Origin: Malacoraja senta
Lineage: Eukaryota
Length of the DNA: 64,000 nt
Assembly (NCBI GenBank): GCA_038087875.1
Contig: CM075992.1
Location: 6,512,001-6,576,000 of the forward strand
Direction: 5' to 3'
The notes under the pieces were generated by a model. The model was given only the letters and a program-made list of their open reading frames with translations, searched no databases and had not been told where the DNA came from. This document shows, piece by piece, positions 48,508 to 60,750 of the stretch. The position numbers and the translations under genes are program-made. Numbering within the stretch: position 1 is the first letter of the stretch; every line of letters starts with the position of its first letter.

Positions 48508-49215
48508 AAAACACCAACTAAACTTCGAACTACGAACTGTCTTGCTTGCGCTGGAGACTTTGAGCTTTTATTTAATGTTTAATGTTTTAAACATGTTTTA
48601 ATGTCATTCCTAACTGTCACTGTATGTCATGTTGTCACTCACGGGCGGAGCACCAAGGCAAATTCCTTGTATGTGAATACTTGGCCAATAAACTTATTCA
48701 TTCATTTGTTTTCCACTATTATTGGGTTTGTTTTATTCATTGATTTTTTTGCTTGTTTACTATTGAGTATTGTGTTTACAGACCTGTTATGTTGCTGCGA
48801 GTAAGAATTTCATTGTTTCATTACGGTTCATTTGACAATTAAACTCTTGACGACTCTTGACTTAAATGGACAGATAATGTGTCAAATTAGGACCCTTCTT
48901 CAGACTGATGATTGGTGGCTGACCTGAAACGTAGACTATTAATCTTTCCACAGGTGCTGCCTACATTTTTCCAAAATGTAATCCAATTTGCACAAAATTA
49001 TTTTTTATTTGGTCCATTTTGAAAGGTCCTAAGTGATTGGATGAACCTTTCTTTCTAAACTTGGCTGGAGCAGAAGTCCGGATTATTTTCTGCCTTGTCA
49101 AAAGTTAAACCCAAACCAGCAAAAAGACAACTGCTTCACTTTCTTGCAAAGACATATATTTAAGCCCGTTGACGAGGTCAACATATTTGGCTACTTCCAG
49201 CAGGAAAGTTTGTTA

Positions 49216-49732
49216 TAGAATAGAATAGAATAGAATAGAAACTTTATTTGCCACACGACCAGGGTTGGTGGTAATTGGGTTCGGTACATGATGGTACACT
49301 GCTTTAGCACATTAACACTAATAACAACACAGATCATAATAATAAAGCACATCACAAATCACAAATCTCACCAACAATACATAGTGCAAAAGAACAGACA
49401 AAAACCATAGACAAGACACTGTATACATCAAAGTCAAAAAGTTATTGGAGGGAATTAAGTGTTCTTATTGCTGAGGGGAAGAAACTGTTTTTAAAACGGG
49501 TGGATTTTGTAGCAAGTGACCTAAGGCGCCTCCCTGAAGGGAGAGACTGGAAAAGGTGGTTTGCTGGATGGGAGGGGTCCGAGATGATCGTTGTTGCCCG
49601 TTTTGAGGTACGTTGGAGGTAAATGGAATGGATTGAGGGGAGGGGAGAGTTGATGATCCGAGAGGCCTTGGAGACAATGCGCTGTATTCTGTGTAGTGAG
49701 TGACTGTCAGTGTTTCCGTACCAGACTGTTAA
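49216..49732 (-). mobile_element. Rex1/Babar-type LINE 3' fragment
   Basis: Minus-strand QRIVSKASRII...DPSHPANHLFQSLPSGRRLRS remnant; (TTCTA)n tail. Confidence 0.75.
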
Positions 49733-50012
49733 TCATGATACGGTAGAATATAAGAAATTACAGGTCTCCTTGGGCTAAGATCAGACTTTTCGGAGATTTG
49801 AACGTTGCAAAATGGTGCTGGAATGAGGCCACTTTCTTGCATGCTGCTCCAGAAGAGGATCTACTCTACTCACGTGTAGTACATTTGACTGGACGTGTAG
49901 TAGATTTGATGGGTAGAAGCTTAAATTTATGCCTCTGGTCTTTGACATTTCCATCCTGGGAAAAAGATTCTGACTGTCTGCACCATTTATGCCTCTCAGA
50001 AATTTTATTATT

Positions 50013-50420
50013 CTCCGTGGATTGTCACCTTGTCGTGGTGGAGAGGCTTGTGTGGTCCTGAGATCCTGAGAGCGATGCCGTCTGGAGCTCTGCTCCTGGT
50101 AGGGGCCACCCACGGCAGTAAGGTCGAGGGGGAGGACTCTGACAAAGAGCAATCCAACCAAGACCTCAACGGTGGAACAGGCGGAGGATAATGGCTGACC
50201 TTTGTAGAGCGTCACAACGCCTGGGAAGGAGGATGAAGGCTGCAGCAGAAAAGGGTCTCCGGTCGTCTTGGACTCCATGCCACTGGATCCTGACCCACAT
50301 CTGTCAAGGACCATGGTGTGGCTGTCTGTGCACCAGTCTCCCCATGTTAAACAAAGTCACACACAGGCGTCCTCCTATCCTGGAGACACCTGGTCAGCCA
50401 TGAACAAGGGGGGCCTAAGA
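50013..50420 (+). mobile_element. RTE-derived non-autonomous element, copy 2, inside a minus-strand CR1 remnant
   Basis: Same 5' start as 3100 and 56240. Confidence 0.7.
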
Positions 50421-50779
50421 ATTTTATATACTTCTATCAGGTCCTCTCTCAAGCTCCGACATTCCAGAGAAAACAATCCAAGTTTGTCCAAACTCTCCTC
50501 AAGGCTAATACCCTCCAGTCCAGGCAGCAATCTGGTAAACCACCTTCTCCAAAGTATTCATATCCTTCCTGTAATGTGTCGACCAGAACTGCACGCAATA
50601 CTGCAAATGCGGCATAACCAAAACCCTATAAAGCTGCAACATGACTTCCTAGGAGTCGCTCAGCGGGTCAGGCAGCAGCTCCCGAGAAAAAGGATGGGTG
50701 ACATTCAGGGTCTGAGGAAGGGTCTCGACCCGAAACGACACTCATCCTTTTTCACCCGAGATGCTGCCTCTCCCACCGT

Positions 50780-51212
50780 GGCCACCGAGGACTTTACCAT
50801 CAAGCTCGCAGTCGGGAGAGGCTAGTCGGGAAGCTCCAACGTCGCGGAAGGTTCGACCAGCCCCGACACGAGGTTCGATCGCCCGGCTCGGGGGAGCTGA
50901 CATCCCCCCGATGCGGGAGCTGATCGCCTCGTCGCGGAGGACCCGAACGCCGCCGGCTACGGGAGTCAAGATCGTCCCGTCAACGGAGGCTCAAGACCCA
51001 TGACCGAGGAAGAACTAAGGGAACGACTTGAACTTTATTCCGCCTTCCATCACAGTGAGGAATGTGTAGGAGTCACTGTGGTGGATGTTCATGTTAAAAT
51101 GTGTTTTTGAGTCTGTTGCTTTTAATTGTATGACTGACCTGGTCAATGAAATTCCTCGTATGTTGCAAAACATACTTGGCGAATAAAGTGTGATTCTGAT
51201 TCTGATTCTGAA
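50780..51212 (+). mobile_element. GC-rich unclassified retro-element 3' portion, (GATTCT)n tail
   Basis: Homologous to 60330-60750. Confidence 0.6.
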
Positions 51213-51742
51213 ATACTTCAGCACTTTGTCTATCCTCAATATAAACCATCATCTACAGTTCCTTTCTACACCGCATGACATCCTGCCTATTATACTCAAT
51301 GCCCTGAGCTATGAAAGCAAGCATACCATAGCCCTTCTTTAATTATTTCCAACAGATATTCCTGGTTGTGTAAGGTTGAAGTTCTGGAAGTTTTTACATT
51401 GCGTAAATGCCGAGGTTTTCGAGAGTTGAGACAGAGCAGGTATTCAAAAGGATAAAATACTTTTTGAGAAGACATGCCTAATCATTTGTACGGCTACCGA
51501 GACATTTGATTCTGTGCTGCTGCTGTGCTAACAGAGCTTTCTAACATCTGCTGAACCACCATGAAATTGCATATCTTCAAAAATTACAAGCTACAACATG
51601 CTGTCACATAACAACTTCCCTCCTTGTACCCTTCAGTGAGTATTCGAATAATCCTTCCAGCTACTAAAAATCCAGCCATAGCTATTGAGGGCAGGCACCT
51701 AAAGTAAATCAGGCTGCTCCTTCCATTACCCTTACATTACAT

Positions 51743-52048
51743 TGGGCAGCAATGTGGCGCAGCGGTAGAGTTGCTACCTCACAGCGCCAGACACCCTGGT
51801 TCGGTCCTGACTACTTTCTATACAGAGTTTGTACATTCTCCCGTGACCTGCTTGGGTTTTCTCTGGGTGCTCCGGTTTCCTCCCACACTCCAAAGACGTA
51901 CAGGTTTGTAGGTTAATTGGCTTGGTAAAATCGCAAATTATCCCTAGTGTGTGTAGGATAGTATTAGTGTGCAGGGATTGCTCGTTGGCGCGGACGTGGT
52001 GGGCCGATGGGCCTGTATCTGCACTGTATCTATAAACTTAACTAAACT
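51743..52048 (+). mobile_element. HE1-type V-SINE
   Basis: Complete head, body and tail. Confidence 0.85.
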
Positions 52049-52085
52049 ACATAGCTATTGCTGAAGAATGTGGTTTGAAAATATA

Positions 52086-52296
52086 GTTTGGAAATGCTAA
52101 AGCTGTGTTGCCTTTGGTTTGGAAATGCTAAAGCTGTGTTGCCTAATTAAAGTTGCCTTGCCTAATTAAAGTTGCCTTGCCTAATTAAAGTTGCCTTGCC
52201 AAATTAAAGTTACCTTGCCTAATTAAAGTTGCCTTGCCCAATTAAAGTTACCTTGCCCAATTAAAGTTGCCTTGCCTAATTAAAGTTGCCTTGCCT
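52086..52296. repeat. 19-bp minisatellite (ttgcctaattaaagttgcc, ~8 copies) preceded by a short ~31-bp duplication
   Basis: Directly visible; abuts the Helitron 5' TC. Confidence 0.9.
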
Positions 52297-53344
52297 TCTA
52301 TATAACTAAAAGTCTAATCTTGACCACTTCCTGTTTGCGCTTTATATTGATTTGAGAAAAAACGCTACCACGTATGGCTGTGATTTTTGGCCATCTTACT
52401 CAGTCCCCCTCCGCTCATCAGGTGCCGAGGATTTTTCCCATCGATGAAAAATAAAAGAGTTATTAGTGTTTAAAAAATGTTGAGATTCTCTCTCCTGTCA
52501 ATCATGCCATGTGAGGGGGGGAGGGACTATAAAACCCAGAAGTGTGGGCATGGCTCAGTCTCTGCAAGATGGAGGAGGGAGAGGTCACGATTTGCTGTCT
52601 TTAGTGGCCTAGCACCCTGCTTGAAATGGTATGAAACTGCACTTGAATTCGGTGCCCTTGCACCCTGCTAGAAGTGGTGAGAAACTGCATTTGAATTTGG
52701 TGGCCTTGCACCCTACTTGAAATGGAATTTTAAGGAATAGCTGTGAGTCAACTGCCAGCCCACCAGCCGTGAGTGAGTGAGCTGCCAGTACACCAGGCTT
52801 GAGTGACTGAGCCGCCAGCCCAAGAATCCATTCGGCCTACAATGTCCATACTAGCCCTCTGGAAACCAGTCCCTTCAGCCCACAACACCCATACTAGCAC
52901 TCCAGAAAGACCCCCCCCCCCCACTGGCCACCAATATTGGAATTGGTGGAAAGGTGGAATATTGCGTTGGGGGACCAGCCCTCCCGTGTGATGCTGGGAC
53001 CCAACGGATCCCACTTAAACCCCTGTCCCACGGTACGAGTTAATTCCACGAGTTCTCCCGAGTTTGCCCTGATTCGAACTCGGAGATTTACGGTAATGGC
53101 CACTCGTCGGTACTCGGGGCTCTCGTGGACATTTTTCATCATGTTGAAAAATCTTCACGTCTTCCCGTGCTTACCTGCCGTTAGCGAGTCTTCCCGAGTA
53201 CCTGCCGTTAGCGCTAAGAGACATCCCCGAGCTCCGACGTACCCGCTGCGTTCATTCTCCGTGCTTACCACGAGTTTGATTTTTTTTAAACTCGGGAGAG
53301 CTCTTGGAATGAACTCGCACAGTGGGACAGGGCTATCAGTCTAG
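52297..53344 (+). mobile_element. Non-autonomous Helitron, copy B
   Basis: 5' TCTATATAACTAAAA; 3' hairpin GGGACCC-AAC-GGATCCC then ACTTA[MITE]GT-CTAG|T. Confidence 0.8.
53018..53335. mobile_element. PIF/Harbinger-like MITE variant inserted at the Helitron 3' end
   Basis: AACCCCTGTCCCAC ... GTGGGACAGGGCTA, flanks TTA / TCA; interior shares ctcgtggacatttttcatc with other copies. Confidence 0.75.
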
Positions 53345-55054
53345 TAACATATAAAGGCTGGATGTGGGAGGAGACAAAAGATAGTCAGATAAGGAAAGAA
53401 GAGAAGTAAGATGGAGGGTTGTAGATGGAAGGGGACAGAGGAGGGGGGATAAAAGGGAAATGAGGGACCAGGGGATGAGATAGCAGGAGAGCTCATTTTT
53501 TAAGATTTTAGAAATTCCAGAAGATTTCCGAGACGTGGTGAGACAAGTGAAAAATGTAAAGTAACACCTACTTGCAAAACAACTGGCTCAGATCCAGAAA
53601 ACTGGCCTATTCCTTTTTCTTGTGAAAAACGATCTGTTGAGTTCTCTACATTCGAAAAATGTTAATTATTTCCCAATGTATAAAAAGATTAACTGTGCGT
53701 CATCTAACCAACCGTAGACTTGAATGTCAATGACATGAGGCATGAGCTGGCTGTGGCAGGTTGGTAGATTTCATTAACAGATATGTCTGTAAACAAGGGT
53801 CTCAAACATTTAAAGAATTAATACATAGTTTGTCCCCTCAAGGCACAAAAAAAACAACAGGAAAAGTCTTTCAGCCACGGCTGTCCAGAGAAATTAGACA
53901 GTATTAGATCAAAGGAAAAGTCCAAGTTTTGCCAAAAAATCTGTGGTTATGAGGATTGGGAAAAATGTTAGAATTTCAGCAAAGGAGTACCAAGGGATTG
54001 ATTGGGACAGGGAAAGTAGAATGCAAGATTGCTGGTGGGAGCATTGTAAGAGATTGCAAGAGCTGCTACAGATGTGAATGAAGGATAATTATTTGCTATT
54101 GTTAGTGTGGGTCCCTTAGAGACTGAGGCAGGGGGAATTACAGTGGGGAATAAAGAAAGTGCAGAGGGTTGAGACAAATGTTTGTCTCTGTCCTCGGGGA
54201 AGAAGGCACAGATATGGTGAAGAACTACAGGCTTGGAGTGAAAGGGAAGATGAAAGTAAACTGGCATGAGTTAAACAATGGCATTGTAGAGATTGAACCC
54301 TTGTCTCTGTTGCTGTAAGGCAGCAACTCTACCGTTGCACCACCGTGCCACTGTTTCTCTTTCTATAGATGCCGTCTGATCTGCTGAGTTTTTCAGACCA
54401 TTTTTTATTGTATTTTACATTTTACATTTGCAACCTTTCAATCTATGGGAACTGTCCAAAAAATCCACGGGAGTTTGGAAGATGACAACCAATGCGTCCT
54501 CTGTCACCTCCTCGCTATCCCATGTATTCCCGCCATCATCTCCCCTAATATTTGTTGTCCCATATAAATGCAGAGCTGAGAGAGGCCAAGCAACGAGTCA
54601 AGTCATAAGGTGGTGGTATAGCTGTAAAACATGTTTGCACAAACTTTATTTAAAGAGTGCAAAGCACTGTGCGGTATTTGTCCATGGTCACATAAATAAC
54701 CTCCATAGTCTCAAAGCCTAGTGACGCCATCACATGTCCTCATGTTATGCTGGCACCTTATGCACAGTGAATCACTTGCTGCTAGAGTATGAACACACTT
54801 CTTTATTCTAACTCTAAACCACCTCTTGCACAACTATGGATTTGGTTTTAATTGCATTAACATCTTGTTCTTTTTGCAGTCTTCCTTCTTTTCAAATTTT
54901 AAATGGATGTATAATTTGTTTTTGTGTGATTGACTCGGTCTATGTGCCTGTGGTGCTGACTTTCTGACTTTAGACTTGTGCGGTAACATGCCCTTCGGCC
55001 CACCGAGTCTGCGCCGACCAGTGATCTCCCCACAGACTAACCTACACATGCTAA

Positions 55055-55269
55055 AGGGCCTGTCCCACTTTCACAACCTCTGCCGAGTTTGCCCTTGACT
55101 CATACTCGCAGCATGGTCGTCACGAGGTCGTAGGAGGTCGTAGGTAGGTCGTGATGCTAGTTGTAGGTACCCGTGGCATCAAGTAGGTCGGGGCGTTTTT
55201 ATAGCCTGATGAAAAATGTCCACGAGTAAAAAAGGTCGTGAATTAGGTCGTGAAAGTGGGACAGGCCCT
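55055..55269. mobile_element. PIF/Harbinger-like MITE inside a minus-strand HE1 SINE (~54965-55475)
   Basis: AGGGCCTGTCCCACTTTCAC ... GTGAAAGTGGGACAGGCCCT, flanks TAA / TTA; opposite orientation to the 43683 copy. Confidence 0.88.
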
Positions 55270-56195
55270 TTAGGACAATTTTACACTTTACCAAAGCCAA
55301 TTAACCTACAAACTTGTACGTCTTTGGAGTGTGGGAGGAAACCGGAGCACCCGGAGAAAACCCACGCAGTCACGGGGAGAACGTGCAAACTCCATACAGA
55401 CAGCACCTGTAGTCAGGATCGAACCCGGGTCTCTGGCGTTGTAAGGCAGCAACTCTACTGCTGCGCCACTGTGTTGTCCGTGCACGCAGGAATTTATCGT
55501 TGTGCCTGTACCTCACCGGCCCCGTGTAGATGACAATAAACTTGATCGTGATCTGGAAGCTTCTTTTTTAACCCATGACTGCCATTTCAATTAGAACTTC
55601 GTAAAACTCTGCAGCCATTATCCCCCATTCCCCTTACACACGAGCCAGACTTTACACTGACACTCATACAAACAATGATGCAACTTTACTGGGAAAAATT
55701 CATCCAGAACGGAAGTTCCTAAATCCAAACTTTAACAATAAATTTGGAGGCAGTGCGTCAGAGTGAGATACAGCACAGAAACAGGGCCTTCGGCCAACGG
55801 TGACACACTGATAATCAACTACCCATGTACACCAATTCTAAATACAACCAATATTCTATTCTTTGCACATTCTCATCAACTCCCTGTAGATTTTACCACT
55901 CACACTCACACTGGCAGCAATTTATGGTGGTCAGTTAACCTACGGGACCCAAGCAGACTGGCTACGGGAGGCAGTGCAGTGGTGCCTCGACGGTGGAGTG
56001 GGCCGCTGGAGGCCCTGCCGCAGCCTGGGGCTCTGTTATGTGCGCCGCTCCAAGAGGCCGAGCATGTGGACCGGACGCAGCCTACAGCGGTGGAGCAGTG
56101 GCAGAGGACACCGCGGCTACGCTTGGCAAGGCCGACCCTGCAACGCCGCCAGGACAACAGACCTTCATGGTCAGATCAAGATCTACCCTGCACTT

Positions 56196-57372
56196 ACAAA
56201 ATGGCGCCAAACCGGCGACTCTGTATACTGTCTCAGTGTCTCCGTGGATTGTCACGTTGTCGTGGTGGAGAAGCTTGTGTGGTCCTGAGATCCTGAGAGC
56301 GATGCCATCTGTAGCTATGCTCCTGGTAGGGCCAACCATGGCGGTAAGGTCGAGGGGGAGGTCTCTGACAAAGAGCAATCCAACCAAGACCTCAACGGTG
56401 GAACAGGCGGATGACAATGGCTGACTTTAGTGGAGCGTCACAACGGCTGGGAAGGCGGATGAAGGCTGCAGCAGAAAAAGGTCTCCGGTCGTCTTGGACT
56501 CCATGCCACTGGATCCTGACCCAGATCTGTCAAGGACTGTGTGGTGGCTGTCTGCACCAGTCTCCACACGTTAAACAATGTCACGAACAGGCGTCCTCCA
56601 TGAGAGGCCAGTCATATGTGGTCAACTTTCTATGCGGGGGAGGGTGGTAGGGTAAGGGGGAAACTGTTTCCCAGTCGCTTCCTGGCGGGGACACGACTAT
56701 TTCTCCAAGTCGCGTCCTCGCCCCCCTCCTCGCGGCCTACCACCTGGATCGGAGCGGCCTTTCCTGCCGGGGACCGGGAACCGGACCAGAGCTATAACAG
56801 CGGCGGCGCAGCGCTGAATTCACCGCGGAGCGGGCGATGCCGACCTGGACCGCCGCTTGGAGCTCGTGGAGCTGCGGTTTGGGAGAGCTTCCAGCGCGGC
56901 CGGCGCTGAACAACATCACGGAGTCCGGGGGCCCTTTGCCGAGGGCCGCCAGCGCTGCATCTCTGCATCTCCGCCCGGCGCGGCCTGCGGACTTTGGGAG
57001 CCGTGGACTTTGGGAGAGTAGGAGGTGGCCGACTCTGATGTCCAGGCCGCTGAGGAGGTCCCCCAGCCCCGACATCGGACTTGCATCACCCCGGCGAGCG
57101 GGTCTGTACATCGGACCGCCCGTAGCGGCGACTGTGGTGGGCTCGGGGAGGCCCCGACCACGGGTGAACAGTGGGGAACATAAGAGGAAGATGACTGACT
57201 TTGGTGCCTTCCCTCACAGTGGGAAACTTTGATTCTGCTGTGTGGGGATGTTTTATGTTGAACTCTATCCTGTGTTGTGTTGTTATTTTTGATTGTATGG
57301 CTGTATGGTGATCACACATTTCACTGAGCCATCTGGCACATGTGACAAATAAATGTATCTTGTATCTCTTGT
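56196..57372 (+). mobile_element. GC-rich unclassified retro-element interrupted by RTE-derived copy 3 (56240-~56616)
   Basis: Begins near caaaatggcgcc, resumes after the insert, ends with AATAAA and (ATCTTGT)-like tail; 3' part also at ~31020-31220. Confidence 0.6.
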
Positions 57373-59574
57373 ATCATATTCCTTTCGAGTGACCGCCGAT
57401 GACTACTGCTGTACACTTGCACTGTATACTTGTACTGAACCGTATAAAAAATCAATTTCACTGTACATCGGAACATGTGATAAATAAAGTATCGTACGGT
57501 ACCATACCTACCAAGACACACACTTCTTAAACATGGGGTAGAAAGTATATGGAGATAATAAATCATCTGGAGTTGATTCGGAGAGGTAGCTCCGGCGCGG
57601 TGGGCCTAACTAAGCCGTAGTCGTTAGCAGTGGGTCACATGCTACGATGCCAGTGATCTCAGCAGTCGACTCACGCGTGCTTGCATTGAAAATATTTGTG
57701 TTTTAAACGCATCGTTTCCTCTGAATCGTGATTATTGCCCGATCAAAACACTGCGAATGATGTGCTTTGAAGAGGAAGCTGCAGTTGGGTTTGGGAGGTT
57801 TTCTTTTGTTTTCCTTTGAGAGGGAATCAAATGTGATCATATGGCACGAGAATGCCAGCGGAAGGGGGAGTCTTCAGAAAGAGTGAAGCTAAAAGAAAGG
57901 GAAATTGCACTGGAGCAAGAAATATTTAAACTGTTTGTGTTTAAACTAAAGTTGATCCCCTGTGGTTCATGCTTTGCTAGCACTGCCAAGGAATTTTTTT
58001 CAGAAAGCTCGCTTTGCACTACAATCAGTTTTGCAAACCCAGTTTTAATACAGTTGGAAATGTGTCAAGATGCGATTTTCGAGTTAAATATCTCACTTGA
58101 TTTTTCTTATGAATTAGCTGTTGTTATTTGAAGCAATCAAAACAGCCACGTAAAGCTTGTGGGGTAGCTGACCTTCAGTGACAGCCATGTTACCGTTGCT
58201 TTAGTGGAGGGGCGGAAGTTTCAGGTGAAGATAGTCGTGGGTATAAGACCCAACCCGAAACGTCACTTGTCCATGTTCTCCAGAGACGCTGCCCGACCCG
58301 CTGAGTTACTCCAGCACTTTGTGTCATTATCTGGCACAAACGTCTGCAAAGAAATTTAGCTTAGAAATTTACAAATTCAGAAATTTCGAATTTCAATTAG
58401 TTTCTCATTATTGTAGCACGGAGCAACAGCGTGAGTTTGTAGGTTAATCGGCTCTTATAGTGTGTAGTGAGTGGATGAGTAAGTGGGATAACATAGAACT
58501 AGTGTGAATGGGCAGACAGACAGATGTGTGGGAAGGAACTGCAGATGCTGGTTTACACCAAAGATAGACACAAAATGCTGGAGTAACTCAGCGGGACAGG
58601 CACCATCTCTGGATAGAAGGAATGGGTGACGTTTCGGGTCGAGGCAATAGGTGCAGGAGCAGGCCATTTGGCCCTTCGAGCCAGCACCGCCATTCAATGT
58701 GATCATGGCTGATCATCCCCAATCAGTACCCCGTTCCTGCCTTCTCCCCATATCCCCTGCGCTATTTTTAAGAGCCCTATCTAGCTCTCTCTCGAAAGCA
58801 TCCAGAGAAGCTGCCTCCACCACCCTCTGAGGCAGAGAATTCCACAGACAAGACACAGACACAGACCCTTCTTCAGACTGATTGAGTGTGAATGGGAGAT
58901 CAATGTTCAGGGAGTGAGAAAGTTGACATCCCTAGCCATAGATTCACAGAGAGATACAGGGTGTAAACAGGCTCTTCGGCCCACCATCCATGCCAACCAG
59001 TTACATTAATCCCATTTTTTAAAATCCACTCCACATTTTCATCCACCTTCCTCCAAGTTCCACCACTCCCTGACAATCCCCGTCTCGACCTGAAACGTCA
59101 CCTGGTACTTTCCTCCAGAGATGCTGCCTGACCCGCTGAGTTACTCCAGCATTTCGTGTTCATCCCCTACACAAGAGGCAGTTTGCAGGGGTCGGCCAGG
59201 GATGTTCTTTGGTGTTTGGAATGTGAGCTTTTGGCGCTGAGGCCACACTCCATGCTCATCTTTAGCTACCTTGAGAAAGCAAGTTTGGGCGTTCTGTTCT
59301 AACCACAGCGATGATGGTAGAAGAGCATTATATGTCCAGTACGTGCTGGTATGCAACCTGTGGGCGTTTGGGTTCCTGCAGCATTGCTGTACATATGGTG
59401 GTAGGTGTTGCCAGGGAGGGGAGGGCGGACAGATAAATCACACTTCTGTTAGAGTTCACTATGGGCTGAAATGTGACCACCAGTCAAGGCACAGAGTATA
59501 GAAGCTGGGATGTTATGTTACGGTTGTAAGGGACATTGGCGAGGTCACACTTAGAGTTCATTTTTGGTCAACAT

Positions 59575-59889
59575 TTAAAAAAAAAATCTAAATAAACTTT
59601 ATTCAGGATAAAAAAATATGTACAGAGCAAGAAATGTGCAAAAGTCCTACATTCTCTGCGGGTATACAAACATTTGTTAGCATTAAATTTGGTGGTATTC
59701 CCAAAAGCCATAATTATCCTTGGCACCCTTGCCACTCATGTGGCCCCCTAGGGTGATCTCATTTCCCTTATTTGAGGGGTGGCCCCACCAGACTCTGCCC
59801 CCCAATGTCCAGCAGCGGAAGGACCCTAGACCATGGTCCTCCCCCACAGAGCCTTGGGGTTGGCTGCACCGAGCTTCAGTGCGTCCCTC
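59575..59889 (-). mobile_element. Tx1-type LINE 3' end fragment
   Basis: gcccccaatgtccagcagcggaaggaccct...ggctgcaccgagcttcagtgcgtccctc matches 12950-13040. Confidence 0.8.
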
Positions 59890-60029
59890 TTGTCTGCTAT
59901 AGGAAAGATGCCATTAAGCTGGAAAGGGTGCAGAGAAGATAGACACAAAAAGCTAGAGTAACTCAGCGGGACGGGCAGCATCTCTGGAGAGAAGGAATGG
60001 GTGTTTCAGGTCAAGATCCTTCTTCAGTC

Positions 60030-60750
60030 CGAATGACAGCCTCGCCAACGGTCTGTCTGTCTTTACGTCATTTTTTTTAATTTTTTGTGTGTTTTTAAAG
60101 TTTGTGTTAATGTTCTCTGGTTTGCTTTATGGGGGAGGGGGTCGGGGGAACCTTTTTTTCAATCTCTTACCTTGCCAGAGATGCGATTGTTTTCCAGATC
60201 GTATCTCCGGTTGCTTTGTGGCCTAACATTCATGGAGCTGGAGGCCTTGCTCGGGACTGACTTTGAGCACCACCGCAGGGCCGTGGACTTACCATCGGAG
60301 CTGATCCCTTGCCTGGGATCGATGCTCCAACCGCGGCCTGCGGATTTTACCATCGAGGAGTTCGCAGTCTCGGGTAGAGACTGATGTCGGGAGCTCCAAA
60401 CGACGCAGAAGGTACGACCAGCCCCGACCCTGGGTCGATCGCCCGGCGCGGGAAGCTTGATCACCCCGACGCAGAGGGCCCGATCGTCGGCAACGGGAGC
60501 CAAGATCGCCCCTTCAGCGGAAAGCTCGAGGCCCCCGACCGCATGAGAACAAAGAAGGGAAGAGATTGAACTTTTTTTCGCCTTCCATCACAGTGAGGAA
60601 TGTGGAGGAGTAACTGTGGTGGATGTTCATGTTAAAATGTATTTTGTGTGTTCTGTTGCTTTTTAATGGTATGACTGTATGGCAAATCAAATTCCTTGTA
60701 TGTTGCAAAACGTACTTGGCTAATAAATTATGATTATGATTATGATTAGT
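60030..60750 (+). mobile_element. GC-rich unclassified retro-element, (GATTAT)n tail
   Basis: Same family as 50780-51212. Confidence 0.6.

Noticed and set aside
53960..54560. Apparently unique sequence as possible host exons
   Set aside because: Reads as decayed CR1 ORF2 remnants (e.g. GEITVGNKESAEG); no consistent splice sites.
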